NCBI GenBank assembly: GCA_035221665.1
Contig: CM069157.1
Location: forward strand, 14,446,001-14,510,000
Length of the DNA: 64,000 nt
Reading direction: 5' to 3'
From: Okamejei kenojei
Lineage: Eukaryota
The notes below the pieces were generated by a model. The model had not been told where the DNA came from, ran no database searches, and saw nothing but the letters and a program-made list of their open reading frames with translations. Made by a program: the position numbers and the translations under genes. This document shows, in pieces, positions 59,997 through 64,000 of the stretch (positions are counted from its first letter, which is position 1; each line of letters opens with the position of its first letter).

Positions 59997-60945
59997 GTAC
60001 CAAGAAACTGCAGATGCTGGTTTAAACCGAAGATAGACACAAAAGGCTGGAGTAACTCAGCGAGACAGGCAGCATCTCTGGAGAGAAGGAATGGGTGACG
60101 TTTCAAGTCGAGATCCTTCTTCAGACTTGGGGTTGCTGCAGAGTGAGCGGAGGGCTGTATGTTCAGAGTGGGTGAGGTTAGTGGTAAAGGGGCTGTCCCA
60201 CACACACACACACACACCGCAAAGGCGGGGGCCAGGGAAAGCGGGGAGCGCTGTCTGAAATTCAGTCCCGCGATGAAGAGGAAGGTAAAAGACGGCTGCA
60301 CAGTGCACGGTAAGTCCTTTAGATAGTGCGGAGGGGGGAGGAGAGGGAGAAAAGGAGAGAGAATGGGGGAGAAGGGGGGAGAAGGGGGGAGAGAAGGAGT
60401 GGAGTCACTTTTAAGAAGTATAATAAAGTTTAACGGGCATTTTACCTACCGGTCGGTTTTCCTTGGTCCTGAAATTTCCAATGAGCCAATCAAAATGTCC
60501 GGTCAGCGAAGGAGATTGCCTACGGCTGCCCTCGACTGCCTGTAACTAAATAGCAACCCCACTCCACTGCACTACGAGTTAAAAAGAACCATGCTGACCA
60601 AATTTTATTCACGGAAAAATTTTCAACATGCTGAAACATTTTCTGCGACCTAGCTGAGGCTGCGAGTATTCGGGAACTTCCCTCAAGCATGAAGGAGAGT
60701 TCCAGTGACCTCATAGGACATCCTAGGACCATGTGTTGACCATGCTGCGAGTTTGAGTCGAGGGCAGACTTGTCTAAATGCGCAGATTAGGTCGCCCAAG
60801 TGGGACAGCCCCTTTAAGGGGAGTGGGAAAGTCGGGGTGATTGATGTCACAAGGGTCTGAAGAAGGGTCTCAACCCAAAACATCACCCATTCATTCTCTC
60901 CAGAGATGATGCCTGTCCCGCTGAGTTACTCCTGCTATTTGTGTC
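59997..60945. mobile_element. Inverted pair of Penelope pLTR tails (59997-60127 minus; 60853-60945 plus) within one TSD, enclosing a MITE
   Basis: Flanking direct repeat tatctttctcttttctct (59979-59996) / tatcttccccttttctct (60946-60963), 16/18. Confidence 0.75.
60188..60813. mobile_element. PIF/Harbinger-like MITE related to 45714-45927
   Basis: TIRs aggggctgtcccac / gtgggacagcccct with TAA/TTA flanks; shares aattttcaacaygytgaaa with the shorter MITE. Confidence 0.82.
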
Positions 60946-62559
60946 TATCTTCCCCTTTTCTCTAGCTATTATACTTGAGTTTGGCTTGATTGTACAGTAT
61001 TATGATTTGATCGGACATCATGCAAAACAAAGCTTTTGACTATACCAATAAAGGTAAAGCTAAACCTAAACCTAAACATATTCATGGGCCTACTGAATTC
61101 AAGATGGATCCTGGGCTGGAGGTTGAGGGGGAAAGGGGAAGATCAGATATTTGATTTTGCTTTAGTTTAATATTTTAATGTTGTTCAATTTTAATTTAAT
61201 TTAATTTTCATAGTTTTAAATGCCTTTTGAAATTCAGAGCATGTCCATTCTCCGCTTGTGACTTCAAAGATGATAAGTGGAAGCAAGATTGGGCTCCATA
61301 TCCAGTGTGGATAATGTGGTCAGGAACTGTGGCCAATGATTCGATGCAGATGATTTTGAACATCATACAGTCCCCAGATTAGTGTTGGGGGACCTTATCA
61401 AAAACCTTCCAAAAACCTAACTAAACAGCATGCGTATCCATTTCCTTATTCACCAGACTGATGGACACTTGTAGAAATACGATTAGATGAATCAGACATA
61501 ATCTGCTCTTTAGAAATATTTGCTGACTTGTCCAAGTGTTGAATTAGGGTAAATTCCAAAAGCTTCCCAGCAGCGGATAACACATCTGTAGTTGGTTGGT
61601 TTCTTCTTGATTCCATTCAATATATTTGCAATGTTATGATGCAAATGATTAACTCTTCGAATCTAGACAGATTTGGAATATAATTTATAATGGATCTAAA
61701 ATGGCACACAGTATTTTCTAGGGAGCATGGAAAAAAGGGCCCTGATGAATTTCAAGGAAGGATATGAAATGGGATCTGTTAAATGATAAGGGTGTGGGAC
61801 CCCAGTGTTTTTCAAAGTAGTACAGGAAGTTGATCCTAGCAAGTTTAGAGGGAGCATCAGCAAACAGAATCTGGCGAGTTGAAAGTATCTGGTGCAACAA
61901 ATAGAACCCAGTTCAACAACAGGGAGACGAGCCCTTCAGCCCAACTTGTACACACAGAGCAATTTGCCCAACTGAGTTACACCCATTAAACATCAACTCT
62001 TTGGCAGAACATCAAACCTATCCCTAATTATCCTTATATTCATCGATGGTTACGACATGAGGCATGGCCATTGAATGCTCATCTTCCAGATTACTAATCT
62101 GCACAATTCTTGACTCGTTTATCCATGTCTCCAGGCTGCACATTAGCAAACTTTGTCGTTAGGCAAATGCTTCAGACAAATGTTGCAATAGTTGTCATAC
62201 AGATGTGTTGGAATTTCAAACATTATATAAATACAGCTGTTGGATTATAACACCAAAATTAGTAGGTTTATTTTTGATCCTTGCGATGAGCATATTATAA
62301 ACCTGGGGATTAATCAACCTCAAACGTGTCCCGATGATGAAAATATAAAATCATTGTTTCCACCCCACGCTGCTTCTAACAGTGGGTTCCCTTTCACATT
62401 GGAAATGCTGCATTCACATTGAAGAGTGAATGAGAGAAATTGCTCAACAGTGGTGGCAATTAACACAACGTTCAAGCAATTGTTCAGCTAAATATTTCCA
62501 TGGCAGAAATATGGCAGTAAGATGCATACAAAGCTCTCAAGAATGAATGCTGCATTCAA

Positions 62560-63243
62560 GTTGGGTAGAGAGTCAGAAGCCTTTTTCCCAGAGTGGAAAT
62601 GTCAAAGACTAGAGAGAATAGCTTTAAGGTGGGAGGGGAAAAGTTCAAAACAGATGGTCAATGGTGAATGGTGCTTTATTGTCACTTGTGCGCATGCAGA
62701 GTGAAATTATTTTTTTGCATACGGTAGTTCAGTAAAGCATTGCCGTGCCTAAGCACAAAGCCCGAATAGCAAAGTGTACAGAAATAGTCCACTGAGACCG
62801 CAGGCAAGAGGTGCCAGGTTTTGGCACCATTTTCAAAGTTCAGTCCGCGCTCTGGATCTTATGAACAGCACCTGATCCAGGCAAACCCCAGGCTGCTGCA
62901 GGGCTTTCAGCCGCCGCCTTCCCTTGGACATCTGGATCGTCCAGTGAACCACGTCCCTCTCCAATCCCATCCACTTTGTACCCCGGGGGCACCTCGCCCA
63001 CAGCAGACCCCAAGGGTGCAGAGCAAAACATTTACACAGAGGGCGGTGGGTTCCTGGAACACGCTGCCAGGGATGGTGGTGGAGGCAGATATGATAGTGG
63101 CGTTTAAGAAGCTTTTAGATAGGCACGTGGAGAGGCAGAGAACTGAATTAGGTCCAGGCAGGTGAGATTATTTATCTTGCCATCATGTGGCACAGACATT
63201 GGGGCCTGCTTCAGTGTTACACATTTCTGTGTTCTATGTTCTA
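62560..63243 (+). mobile_element. CR1 3' end split by a family B repeat
   Basis: ...ttcaaaacagatg | insert | gtgcagagcaaaacatttacacagagg, FTQRAVGSWNTLPGMVVEAD; (ttctatg)n tail. Confidence 0.82.
62655..63015 (-). mobile_element. GC-rich non-autonomous repeat (family B, copy 2)
   Basis: Colinear with 33540-33990; minus-strand end gtgacaataaagcaccattcaccattgaccat. Confidence 0.72.
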
Positions 63244-63807
63244 AATTGACGATGTAACAGCAATACAAAAAATATTCACATGTAAGTGGTGTGAATGCAA
63301 TGAGTGTACCTTTACTAAATTATTGCAACTTTTACAACTTAGTTGAAGCAAGGTTTTTAAAATACATTTCCAATGGTGAGTAAATGCGCATGAATATTGA
63401 AAAATGCAATAACTGTACTCTCAAAATCACAATGAAAAACAGCAACCGGTGTTACACGATTAAAATAACTTTGGAATGGGATAGTCCAAAATGAGACAGC
63501 TAACGTAGACTGGAGGCTACCATAAGGGCAGCTTCTGCAGTATGTTTATAAGACTTGGAAAAAATTGAGGCATGGTAAAATTGCCATTCCATTGATGAGT
63601 GAACTAAAACACACTGTCTTGATAAATTACACTGCACAAAGGATCAATTGTAAGAGTAATGAGAAAATCTATAATGGGTTAAAAATAGTCTCTGTGGGGT
63701 AATAATTTAGATGCCAAGTACCTGCAAACAGGTGGCTTCATATAAGCGGCTGGTTATAATCCTTGCTTGATTTTGATTAATTGATTGAAGTAATTGAAAG
63801 ATGCACC

Positions 63808-64000
63808 ACAGAAAACGGGCCCTTTGGCCCACTGAGACCACACTGACCATTGATCACCCGTTCACACAAGCTTCATATTATCCCACTTTTGTATCTACTC
63901 CTAGTGACCAACTGACCTACAACTCCGCTCGTCTTTGGGGTGTGGGAGGAAACCAGAGCACCTGAAGGAAACCCACAAATGTGAAAATCCCACGCAGCCA
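63808..64000 (-). mobile_element. tRNA-SINE (HE1-related), cut by the window end
   Basis: acagaaaacgggccctttggcccactgag...gtctttggggtgtgggaggaaaccagagcacc. Confidence 0.8.

Overview
Repeat-dense vertebrate genomic DNA, most likely a cartilaginous fish (skate/ray). This is inferred from HE1-like tRNA SINEs and the CR1, Neptune-type Penelope and Rex/Babar repeat mix. No intact host gene is recognisable. There are only a few candidate exons (best: 8474-8658, +) and a decayed RPL13 retrocopy (10334-10653). Large elements: a 5'-truncated L1 (19815-26340, 14-bp TSD) carrying a Penelope-like element (20316-22766, 9-bp TSD); a full-length copy of the same L1 family (38231-44405, 13-bp TSD) inserted inside a Penelope-like element, the reciprocal arrangement; a complete but frameshifted DIRS1 tyrosine-recombinase retroelement with ITR/ICR termini (54558-59886, -); a non-autonomous Helitron with minisatellites (2993-4167, -); and hAT and Harbinger MITEs. 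The most notable signal is a 135-bp TSD-flanked retroposon (29183-29317, -). Its first 54 nt fold into a minimal CPEB3-type HDV-like ribozyme whose predicted cleavage site coincides with the element's 5' end. Many minimal hammerhead cores also occur in Penelope tails. Boundaries of old, decayed repeats are approximate, and family names come from motif recognition, not database searches.
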